Of a stretch of 12,217 nt of DNA, positions 1 to 7,623 are shown piece after piece. The notes beneath the pieces were generated by a model, which saw only the letters and a list, made by a program, of their open reading frames with translations, had not been told where the DNA came from and searched no databases. A program made the position numbers and the translations under genes. The stretch's first letter is position 1; every line of letters begins with the position of its first letter. The DNA is from Candidatus Dadabacteria bacterium (lineage in GTDB: Bacteria > Desulfobacterota_D > UBA1144 > Nemesobacterales > CSP1-2): the NCBI GenBank assembly GCA_040289575.1, contig PSLL01000004.1:1-12217 (forward strand). Reading direction: 5' to 3'.

Positions 1-1
1 A

Positions 2-310
2 CTGGATGGGGAGAAGGCCACCCTTCTTGACTTTATACCGGATGAGGGTTCTCCCACTCCCGACTCGGCGGTGGCAAAGGCAACTCTCAGTGAGAAGATA
101 AAAGAGGCCCTTTGCACCCTTACCGAAAGAGAAGAGCGCATACTCAAAATGAGGTTTGGGATAGGTTATGAAGCCACTTATACACTCGATGAAATAGGAA
201 AATACTTCAGTCTCACGCGCGAGCGTATAAGGCAGATTGAAAAAAGGGCACTTGAGAAGCTTGAGGATTCAGAGATCGGAGGAATGCTAAAGAGCTTTCT
301 TGAGGCCTGA
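2..310 (+). CDS. Sigma-70 family RNA polymerase sigma factor, C-terminal part (end of region 3 and region 4); 5'-truncated by the window
   Basis: Frame is open from base 2 (LDGEKATLLDFIPDEGSPTPDSAVAK...), so the GTG at 71 is internal. Region 4 motifs: LTEREERILKMRFGIG and the HTH TLDEIGKYFSLTRERIRQIEKRALEKL. It deviates from the canonical RpoD TLEEVG..VTRERIRQIEAKALRKL, so it may be an RpoD paralog (group 2/RpoS-like). Confidence 0.92.
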   Translation: MDGEKATLLDFIPDEGSPTPDSAVAKATLSEKIKEALCTLTEREERILKMRFGIGYEATYTLDEIGKYFSLTRERIRQIEKRALEKLEDSEIGGMLKSFLEA

Positions 311-326
311 ATAAATCACCAATTGA

Positions 327-1982
327 ATGCTTCTTGAACTCACTTTAAAGAACTTCACCATTATAGATGAACTCTCCGTTAGCTTCGGTAAAGGACTAAA
401 TATCATTACGGGAGAAACAGGGGCTGGAAAGTCAATTATCGTCGATGCCATAAATCTCATACTTGGTGAGAAAGCCTCAACCGATATTGTAAGATCAGAT
501 AAAGATGAGGCTCAAATTGAAGCCCTCTTCGATATCAAAGGAAACACGGGTCTAAAGGAGAGGCTTTTTTCATTCGGATTTGAATCTAAAGGAGACGAGC
601 TCTTAATTAAGCGCATTATATCCCGTGCGGGAAGAAGCCGACTGTTTATAAATGGGAGTATAGCCACACTTCTTATACTTGAGCAAATCGTAGAGGGCCT
701 TATTGACATATTCAGTCAGCATAATCACCAAACACTTCTAAGAGAAGAAAGCCATCTCAAAGTGCTCGATGAATTTGGTGGTCTAAAAAGCCTTTCTCAA
801 AGGGTCTCTGAAATTTATCATGACTCAACCGAGATGAAAAGAGAGATTGAGAAGCTAGAGAGAAATCTAAGAAACCAGATTGAAAGAGAGGATTTTTTAA
901 GGTTCCAGTCAAAAGAAATAGATGATGCAAAGCTTCTGCCGGATGAGGATGAAAAACTCGAAAAGGAGAGGAGAAAACTCACAAACGCTGAAAGGTTATA
1001 TTCCACGGCGCACGAGGTTTATGAGATTCTCTATGATGGCGAAAGAGCCATTTCCGACATTCTGAAGAAGGTTCGCAATCAGATTGGAGAGGCAGCAAAG
1101 ATTGATATTACACTGGCAGAAGTGGCAAAATCAATTGAGAGAGGGATTGTCGAGATTCAGGATGCGGCATCCACGCTGAGAGATTATGCCTCCGGTGTGC
1201 GATTCGATTCTGACAGGTTAAGCTCAATAGAGAACAGACTCGAAGAGATAAGAAAGCTCAAGAGAAAATACGGGGGGACAATTACCGAAATCCTGGAGAA
1301 GAGAAAACAGATAGAAGAAGAACTTGGGAAAATATCCATTCATGAAGGGAGAATAGAAACGCTCAAGAAAGACCTTAACCACATCGAATCCGACCTACAG
1401 ACTTGTGTCCGCGAACTCTCGCAAAAAAGACGCGAGGCGGCAGAGAAACTCATCTCAGCGGTTGAAAAGGAATTGAGCGGGGTTGGAATGAAGAGTGGTA
1501 AGTTTGCTGTAGAGTTTGAAGATAAGGCAATCTCCGGGAACGGATGTGAAAAGGTCTCTTTCCTTTTTTCTGCAAATCCTGATGAGAAGCCAAAGCCTCT
1601 TATAAAGGCCGCCTCGGGTGGCGAGCTTTCTCGAATAATGCTCGTCCTCAAAGAGGCTCTCGCAAGAGTAGAAGGTGGCTCGGTCCTTATATTTGACGAA
1701 GCCGACTCCGGAATCGGTGGAGCCGTCGCCGAAACGGTTGGCCGAAAGATAAAAAACCTCTCAAAAAGGTATCAGGTAATTTGTATCACACACCTTCCGC
1801 AGGTTGCTAAATTCGCCGATACGCACTTCAGAGTTACAAAGACATTTAAAGGCGACAAAACCAAGGTTCAAGTTAAGCCATTAAATGCAGACGAGCGGGT
1901 TGAAGAGTTGGGGCGCATGATTAGCGGACTCAAGATTACGGAAAAAACCATAGAAGCCGCGCGCGAAATGCTCCAGAATTAG
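327..1982 (+). CDS. recN: DNA repair protein RecN
   Basis: 551 aa SMC-like ATPase: Walker A ITGETGAGKS, Q-loop FSQHNHQTL, long coiled coil, signature ASGGELSRIML, Walker B LIFDEADSGIGG, H-loop QVICITHLPQVA. Confidence 0.97.
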   Translation: MLLELTLKNFTIIDELSVSFGKGLNIITGETGAGKSIIVDAINLILGEKASTDIVRSDKDEAQIEALFDIKGNTGLKERLFSFGFESKGDELLIKRIISRAGRSRLFINGSIATLLILEQIVEGLIDIFSQHNHQTLLREESHLKVLDEFGGLKSLSQRVSEIYHDSTEMKREIEKLERNLRNQIEREDFLRFQSKEIDDAKLLPDEDEKLEKERRKLTNAERLYSTAHEVYEILYDGERAISDILKKVRNQIGEAAKIDITLAEVAKSIERGIVEIQDAASTLRDYASGVRFDSDRLSSIENRLEEIRKLKRKYGGTITEILEKRKQIEEELGKISIHEGRIETLKKDLNHIESDLQTCVRELSQKRREAAEKLISAVEKELSGVGMKSGKFAVEFEDKAISGNGCEKVSFLFSANPDEKPKPLIKAASGGELSRIMLVLKEALARVEGGSVLIFDEADSGIGGAVAETVGRKIKNLSKRYQVICITHLPQVAKFADTHFRVTKTFKGDKTKVQVKPLNADERVEELGRMISGLKITEKTIEAAREMLQN

Positions 1983-1992
1983 CCGCAAACTA

Positions 1993-2538
1993 TTAAGCGA
2001 CAAACACTACAGCCGCAATTACAGTGTTCCAAAGGCCGTTTTTATCCCCTATGGCAGACTGTGTGACGTTCATTGTCCTTACGGTGTGTCCGCTGATTTT
2101 CCAAATGCCCTTCTGCTCATCGTAGCTTTTGTCGGGATCAAACTCAACGCCGAGAATGGTGGCAAGCATGTCCGCAGCCAAATCTTCAGCATAGTCTCCG
2201 GCAACACTGTCTGTCTGACCGAAGCCATGATGTTCGGAGAGGTACCCATAGTGAGTGGATTTCTTAGGAATAGCAATGCCTACTGACGCAGCAATAAGGC
2301 GATGTGGCTCATTCGTTACATTTTCGCTCATTACAACGTATACAACCTGTCCGGGTTTAAGACGGCTTAGCCCCAAAGAGCGTGGCACAAGCTTGCAGCC
2401 TGGCGGGAATATGCTTGAGACCTTGACTAAATTAAACTCCGCAATCTTTGCGTCGCGAAGGGCCATTTCGAAGCTTGTAAGCTTTTCCTTATGTTTTCCG
2501 ACCCCTTTTGTCACAAAAGCGTATTTCGGTACCAACAA
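1993..2538 (-). CDS. Pyruvoyl-dependent arginine decarboxylase (PdaD/AaxB family)
   Basis: 181 aa with SFEMALRDAKIAEFNLVKVSSIFPP (Ser-Ser self-cleavage site that generates the pyruvoyl group), YGYLSEHH and AEDLAADMLATILG. TTG start preceded by a GGAGGA RBS at 2545-2550 (minus strand). Confidence 0.92.
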   Translation of the reverse strand: MLVPKYAFVTKGVGKHKEKLTSFEMALRDAKIAEFNLVKVSSIFPPGCKLVPRSLGLSRLKPGQVVYVVMSENVTNEPHRLIAASVGIAIPKKSTHYGYLSEHHGFGQTDSVAGDYAEDLAADMLATILGVEFDPDKSYDEQKGIWKISGHTVRTMNVTQSAIGDKNGLWNTVIAAVVFVA

Positions 2539-2569
2539 TTTTTCTCCTCCATTTCCATTTTAGTTCAAT

Positions 2570-2598
2570 TTTTTATACTAATTATATAGTTTTGTCAA
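2570..2598 (-). promoter_or_regulatory. Possible sigma-70 promoter for the arginine decarboxylase gene
   Basis: Perfect TTGACA at 2598-2593 followed by an AT-rich tract. The -10 is ambiguous: TATAAA at 15 nt or TAAAAA at 17 nt. Confidence 0.35.
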
Positions 2599-2635
2599 AT
2601 TTAACTTCCGAGCTATGTGAAAATCCCTTGCCGAG

Positions 2636-2664
2636 TTGACCAAAGCTTTAAATTATGATAGGAT
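2636..2664 (+). promoter_or_regulatory. Sigma-70 type promoter for carD
   Basis: TTGACC (2636-2641), a 17-nt spacer ending in TGn, then TAGGAT (2659-2664). A purine-rich RBS AAGGAAGGGAG precedes ATG 2695. Confidence 0.6.
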
Positions 2665-2694
2665 ATTTAAAACCGACGCCAAGGAAGGGAGAGA

Positions 2695-3189
2695 ATGTTT
2701 AAGATCGGCGACATAGTAGTCTATCCGGCTCACGGCGTTGTGGTGGTTGAAGGAATCGAAGTTAGGGAAATTTGCAGGACAAAAAAAACATTTTATATAC
2801 TTAAAGTCATTGATAGTGATGTTACCGTAATGGTACCCACAGATAATGCTCACGCAGTCGGACTGAGGCGCGTGATTGCAAAGACCGAGATCCCAAAGAT
2901 ATACGAAATACTCAAAAGTAAAAAGAAAATAAACAATTCCACAAACGGCCATAAAAGCTGGAACAAAAGGTACCGTGAATACGGTGAAAAGCTAAAGAGC
3001 GGAAATATATTCGAGGTAGCCGAAGTTTTAAAAGACATACACCTTCTCCAGAACGAAAAAGAACTCTCTTTCGGAGAAAGAAGAATGATGGACGCCGCGC
3101 GAGCACTCCTGATTAAAGAGATCTCCATATCCAAAAATTCGGAAGAAGAATCAGTCGCTGGAGAGGTTAAAAGACTCCTCGATCAATAA
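2695..3189 (+). CDS. carD: CarD/CdnL family RNA polymerase-binding transcription regulator
   Basis: 164 aa: MFKIGDIVVYPAHGV, VMVP...VGLR, WNKRYRE (conserved DNA-wedging Trp), EVAEVLKD, LSFGERRM. Confidence 0.95.
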   Translation: MFKIGDIVVYPAHGVVVVEGIEVREICRTKKTFYILKVIDSDVTVMVPTDNAHAVGLRRVIAKTEIPKIYEILKSKKKINNSTNGHKSWNKRYREYGEKLKSGNIFEVAEVLKDIHLLQNEKELSFGERRMMDAARALLIKEISISKNSEEESVAGEVKRLLDQ

Positions 3190-3245
3190 GAAAGTATAAG
3201 TATAATTAATTTCTCTCGATTTCCCTAATTCGATCCTTTGGATTT

Positions 3246-4118
3246 ATGCCAGAAGACATAGTAGATGTAGAGGCCGTCTTAAAGCTGAGGGGGCTTTTTT
3301 TTCATACTTCGTCCCGCGTAAGAGGTCTAAGAGCAGGTATCCATAAAAGTCTCCATAAAGGTATAAGTCCGGACTTTATGGAATACAAAGAATATTCCCG
3401 AGGAGATGAACTCAGGCACATTGATTGGAGACTCTACGGTAGACTCGACCGCTTATATGTAAAGAAATTTGAAGACGAGGTGAATCTAGACTGGTGCATA
3501 CTAATCGACAGGAGTGGCTCTATGGGCTATGCGTCAAGGAAAGACTCCAAACTCGATTATGCCATAAGACTCTCAGCAACCCTTGCCTACCTACTCCTTA
3601 AGCAGGGAGATAGCGTAGGGACAGCAGACTTCTCTGATAAATGCGTAGATATAATTTTACCGCGATCAGGAACCGCAAACCTTACCCATATAGTAGAAAA
3701 ACTCAAATCCCTTAGGCCTGGCGGAAAAAGCGCGCTCAAAGAGGCAGTGCTGAAAACAATAGAGAGAATTAATAGGGATTCAGTTTTCGTCTTGGTTTCC
3801 GATTTTCTTATGGACTTAGAGTTGATAGAAGAGTCTATTAAACTCATTCGGGCAGCCGGAAAGGATACAATCGCCATTCATGTGCTCGATCCAGATGAGA
3901 TTGATTTTAACTTTGACGGATCAATTGAATTCGAAGATATGGAGGATGACATAAAGGTTCTTGTCGAGGCTGGAGGCTTCAGAAGCACTTACAGAAAAGA
4001 AGTAGGGGAGTTTATTCAAAAATTAAGATTTATATGCCACGAGAATAGATCGAGATACGTACTTTCTCCGTCAGACATCCCCATCGAAGATGCACTCATC
4101 CGAATTTCAGACAAATAG
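3246..4118 (+). CDS. DUF58 domain protein (VWA-like, usually MoxR-associated)
   Basis: 290 aa: GIHKS..KG.SPDFMEYKEY..GDELRHIDWRLYGR.DRLYVKKFE, MIDAS-like DRSGSM, and VSDF. Confidence 0.93.
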   Translation: MPEDIVDVEAVLKLRGLFFHTSSRVRGLRAGIHKSLHKGISPDFMEYKEYSRGDELRHIDWRLYGRLDRLYVKKFEDEVNLDWCILIDRSGSMGYASRKDSKLDYAIRLSATLAYLLLKQGDSVGTADFSDKCVDIILPRSGTANLTHIVEKLKSLRPGGKSALKEAVLKTIERINRDSVFVLVSDFLMDLELIEESIKLIRAAGKDTIAIHVLDPDEIDFNFDGSIEFEDMEDDIKVLVEAGGFRSTYRKEVGEFIQKLRFICHENRSRYVLSPSDIPIEDALIRISDK

Positions 4119-4127
4119 GTAAAAAAA

Positions 4128-6080
4128 TTGAACTTCTCTTTTCTAAATCCATTCTTCTTAATTGCTCTCAGCGCCGCTGCCCTTCCCATTTTCATACACC
4201 TTATATCCAAAAAAAGAGGGATTAAAAAGAGTTTCTCAGCCGTGCGCTTTCTTCTAGCCTCCCAAGGGGAAATGATAAAAAGATCAAAATTAAAGGACTC
4301 AATCTTACTTCTTTTTAGGATTTTGATCCTAGTCCTCTTGGTTATCGTATTTTCAAAGCCTACCGTCTTCTCTTTTTCCTCCGTGGGTGTGCAAGATGTC
4401 AGGTCCGTTGCGATTGTGATTGATAACTCATTCAGCATGGGATACAAAGGCAATTTTAAAAAGGCCAAAAGCGGTGCGGAAAAACTCATACAATCTCTTC
4501 CCGATGGGAGTTTTGTAGCTGTCTTTCCGCTTATCCCAACTGATAATACTAAGCCCAAAATGATGCAAGATAAGGGAAAAGCACTAGGGGATTTAAAAGA
4601 TCTAAAACTATCTTACACCTTTACAGATAACGAAAGAAGGCTCGAAGAGATATTCAGCTCACTTGAAAGCACACCCAACAATAGGAAAAAACTCATATTC
4701 TTTACTGATTTCCAGAAAAATGGTTGGATAAGTGACGATTTCAGAAGAGAATGGTTTGTACCAATTGATGTAAATCCAGATCCAGATACGGAAAATCGCG
4801 CCGTATCAGATGTGAGTTTTAAGGATGAAGGAGGTGCCATAAGGATCTTTGTTAGGATATTTAACTATTCAAAGAATCCCGCAAATGACCTGCTTGTTAC
4901 CGTATTTCTTGGCAGTGAGGAGGCAAAAGGTTTGATAAATATTGGGGGAAAGAGTGAAGGAATAAAGGACTTCGTTATTCCTAAAGATGGCCTCCCTCAA
5001 GGCGAAATGTCCGGTAGAGTCGAAATCTCACATGACGATCTTGCAGCAGATGATGTCAGATACTTCGTTCTCTCTCAAAAGGAAGAGCCGCAGACCCTTA
5101 CGGTTGATGGAGACCCAAGGGGGGATGCGAGGCTCGGCGAAACTTATTATCTTGCACGTGCTGTCGAAACGATTTCCGAGATAATGCCGCTCCGTATATC
5201 TATAAAAGACAACGAATCGTTTCTTGATGAGAATCTAAAAGGGTACAACATAATATTTTTGGCAAATGTCGGAGATGTAACTCCGCAAAAAACCCGCGAG
5301 ATAGGCGAATTTCTAAAAGACGGCGGATCAGTTGTAATATTCCTCGGAGATAGAGTAAGAAGCGATATATACAATGTACTCTTCAAGGATTTTCTTCCCG
5401 CAGAGATTGGGAATTTATCCGACGGCGATTACTCTCTCAGCATTCATAAACCCAATGAATTTACCAAAGGAATTGATGAAAAATTCAATCAGGTGAAAAT
5501 AAGAGAATTATTTAACCTTCTCCCGGCTAAGGACTCCTCTACCATTTTATACACCTCAAATAATTCTCCATTTCTCATTTACAGAAAAGTAGAAAGAGGA
5601 AACGTATTCCTATTTGCCTCAACGGCGGATACGGCTTGGAACAACTTTCCTCTCACTCCGGTGTTTCTCCCAACTATAAAGAAAATATTCGATATTTCAT
5701 CCGCTGGGTCTCAGAAAAGAAATTTCATTGTTGGCAAGTCCGTAGATATTGGTTTTCCAGAAGGAGTGGATGAAATAAAGATCGAAAACCCCCGTGGAGA
5801 AGAAATAAAAACATATCGGGAAAGCCCCCGATTCACTAGAACCCTTATTCCCGGAATCTACACTGTGAAAATGGGCAAAGGAGAAGGCTATAGGTTCTGT
5901 GTAAATGTTGATACAAGAGAATCAAACCTTGAGAAGGTTTCTCTAAAGACCGCTCCCACTCAGTCCAGTATGCAAAACGGATTGGTTAAGGTTTTTAAAG
6001 AGATATGGAGCTACTTCCTCTTTGGAGTTATCACTCTTTTTATATCTGAATCGATACTCAGGGTTCTATATGCAAAGTAG
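4128..6080 (+). CDS. BatA N-terminal domain plus VWA domain membrane protein
   Basis: 650 aa: N-terminal double TM with ALPIFIHLI...SAVRFL...LLLFRILILVLLVIVFSKP (BatA signature), MIDAS DNSFSM, FFTDFQ, a glutamine-amidotransferase-like middle (LKDGGSVVIFLG), VNVDTRESNL and a C-terminal TM. TTG start is 9 nt after the DUF58 stop. Confidence 0.88.
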   Translation: MNFSFLNPFFLIALSAAALPIFIHLISKKRGIKKSFSAVRFLLASQGEMIKRSKLKDSILLLFRILILVLLVIVFSKPTVFSFSSVGVQDVRSVAIVIDNSFSMGYKGNFKKAKSGAEKLIQSLPDGSFVAVFPLIPTDNTKPKMMQDKGKALGDLKDLKLSYTFTDNERRLEEIFSSLESTPNNRKKLIFFTDFQKNGWISDDFRREWFVPIDVNPDPDTENRAVSDVSFKDEGGAIRIFVRIFNYSKNPANDLLVTVFLGSEEAKGLINIGGKSEGIKDFVIPKDGLPQGEMSGRVEISHDDLAADDVRYFVLSQKEEPQTLTVDGDPRGDARLGETYYLARAVETISEIMPLRISIKDNESFLDENLKGYNIIFLANVGDVTPQKTREIGEFLKDGGSVVIFLGDRVRSDIYNVLFKDFLPAEIGNLSDGDYSLSIHKPNEFTKGIDEKFNQVKIRELFNLLPAKDSSTILYTSNNSPFLIYRKVERGNVFLFASTADTAWNNFPLTPVFLPTIKKIFDISSAGSQKRNFIVGKSVDIGFPEGVDEIKIENPRGEEIKTYRESPRFTRTLIPGIYTVKMGKGEGYRFCVNVDTRESNLEKVSLKTAPTQSSMQNGLVKVFKEIWSYFLFGVITLFISESILRVLYAK

Positions 6081-6091
6081 AAAGACAAGTA

Positions 6092-7516
6092 CTAGCTAAC
6101 TAAACTCATTCCGTCTATATCCCTGGGAATGGACTTTCCAAGGAGATGGAGTATTGTAGGGTACAGATCTACAGTTCTTACAAACTCTTTTTTAATCTTT
6201 ACGCTTATTCCAAGGGGAACGAGAATCTGTTCTCTAAAAAGTGCTCCATGAGACGAGCAGTGCTCAGGGTTTTCGTGTTTCGCCCTGAGATCAAAACCGG
6301 CCTTTGCGCTGATCACTAAATCCCCAGAGCGCGAAGACTCAAGGAGCTGTATAATCTGAAGAATCGCATCGGGATATTGCGTGTAAAAGCTATACCTGAG
6401 GCTTTCGTCTCTATCCATTTTCCTAGGTAAACCGTTATATCCAAACGGGTCGCCGTGAATCTTCTCGTATCTTATATAACCGCTCTCATCCAGCCAAGCC
6501 AGTGCTTCTCCTCTTTCACTCTTAATCCTCGCCCTGCCCTTTTCATCAAGTCCTGCAACTATATCTATTTCATGTCTCTCAAGAAGAGCGGTGACAAGTC
6601 TGTTGAGTTCCTCAAAAGTGCTTCTCCTCTCCCAGCCTTCGGGACTCTTTATATAGAGATGAGTCATAGCATTTCCCGAAATCATATTCGCGGCATCGGC
6701 ATCCCTATAGTGCTTAAATATTTTTGGATAGTAAAACGTTTTAAACCCAAGCAGGTTCATAAATTCTATGGAATCAAAGTGGGAATGGGTTTGGCTAAGC
6801 CCGTGGTCACTTGCAATTATAAGGAGAGTTTTGTCCAGCTTTCCCATATCCTCCAGGGCTTTTCCAATGAGTCCGACACTTTCATCAATTCTCAGATAAG
6901 AGTCTATTACCTTGCGGTGAAAGGGGTGTGTCAGGTGAGAGTACGTATCGATTCCTAAGAACACAACATATGAAAATTGAGGATGGCTTTTTAAGGATTG
7001 GAGAAAGACCTCTCTTGATGCAATGTCAACCTCATCCCAGCGATGATTAAAATGTCCTTTTATTTTATAGTACGCCCTTGAAAATCTGGTTTTGTCTCCA
7101 CGGAATCCCGCCCCGCGCGAAAGTTCACTTACTATATTTACGGCTCTAGGAAATATCTCGAAAAGGGTTTGTGCATCCTTAGGGATGTCACGATTCATAA
7201 GAAAGCTTTCAATCCCCACATAGCTTCTGAAACGGTAGAGAGAAAAGAGCTTTTTGGCATAGAGTTTTCTGTCAAACCACCTAATGCCCGGAAGGTTGCA
7301 TCTACCCGGAAACCTCCCTAATAGAAAAGGAGCATAAGCAGGCCCCGTAGTAGACGGAAAAACCGAGACGGCATTTGTAAATGTCCCCTTTTCAATTATG
7401 TATTTTGATATATTCGTAAGGTCTCCACGTTTTAGAAGCTCTTCAAATACATCTGCCCTTGCACCATCCGCCAGTATGAAAATACAGCTCTCCAAGCTTA
7501 ACTCCTTTTCTCCCAT
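6092..7516 (-). CDS. Alkaline phosphatase superfamily protein (type I phosphodiesterase/nucleotide pyrophosphatase)
   Basis: Metal and catalytic motifs: ILADGAR, VFPSTTGPAY (nucleophile region), GIDTYSH, IASDHG, SSHG. Start placed at ATG 7516 rather than 7627 because the extra 37 codons run through a REP-like hairpin. No signal peptide is evident. Confidence 0.85.
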   Translation of the reverse strand: MGEKELSLESCIFILADGARADVFEELLKRGDLTNISKYIIEKGTFTNAVSVFPSTTGPAYAPFLLGRFPGRCNLPGIRWFDRKLYAKKLFSLYRFRSYVGIESFLMNRDIPKDAQTLFEIFPRAVNIVSELSRGAGFRGDKTRFSRAYYKIKGHFNHRWDEVDIASREVFLQSLKSHPQFSYVVFLGIDTYSHLTHPFHRKVIDSYLRIDESVGLIGKALEDMGKLDKTLLIIASDHGLSQTHSHFDSIEFMNLLGFKTFYYPKIFKHYRDADAANMISGNAMTHLYIKSPEGWERRSTFEELNRLVTALLERHEIDIVAGLDEKGRARIKSERGEALAWLDESGYIRYEKIHGDPFGYNGLPRKMDRDESLRYSFYTQYPDAILQIIQLLESSRSGDLVISAKAGFDLRAKHENPEHCSSHGALFREQILVPLGISVKIKKEFVRTVDLYPTILHLLGKSIPRDIDGMSLVS

Positions 7517-7559
7517 CTTCCAGCTTAGAAATACATGTTGACTTTTAAATATTCCCTTA

Positions 7560-7585
7560 GGGCAGACACGGGGGTCTACCCCTAC
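7560..7585 (-). repeat. GTAG-type REP-like palindrome (single copy in window)
   Basis: Minus strand reads GTAG-GGGTAGAC-CCCCGT-GTCTGCCC: a GTAG tetranucleotide followed by an 8-bp stem (7 Watson-Crick pairs plus one T-G), lying between glnE and the phosphodiesterase gene. Confidence 0.7.
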
Positions 7586-7623
7586 ATTTATTAAATCAAA
7601 TACGGCTGGACGTTCCCTGTATC

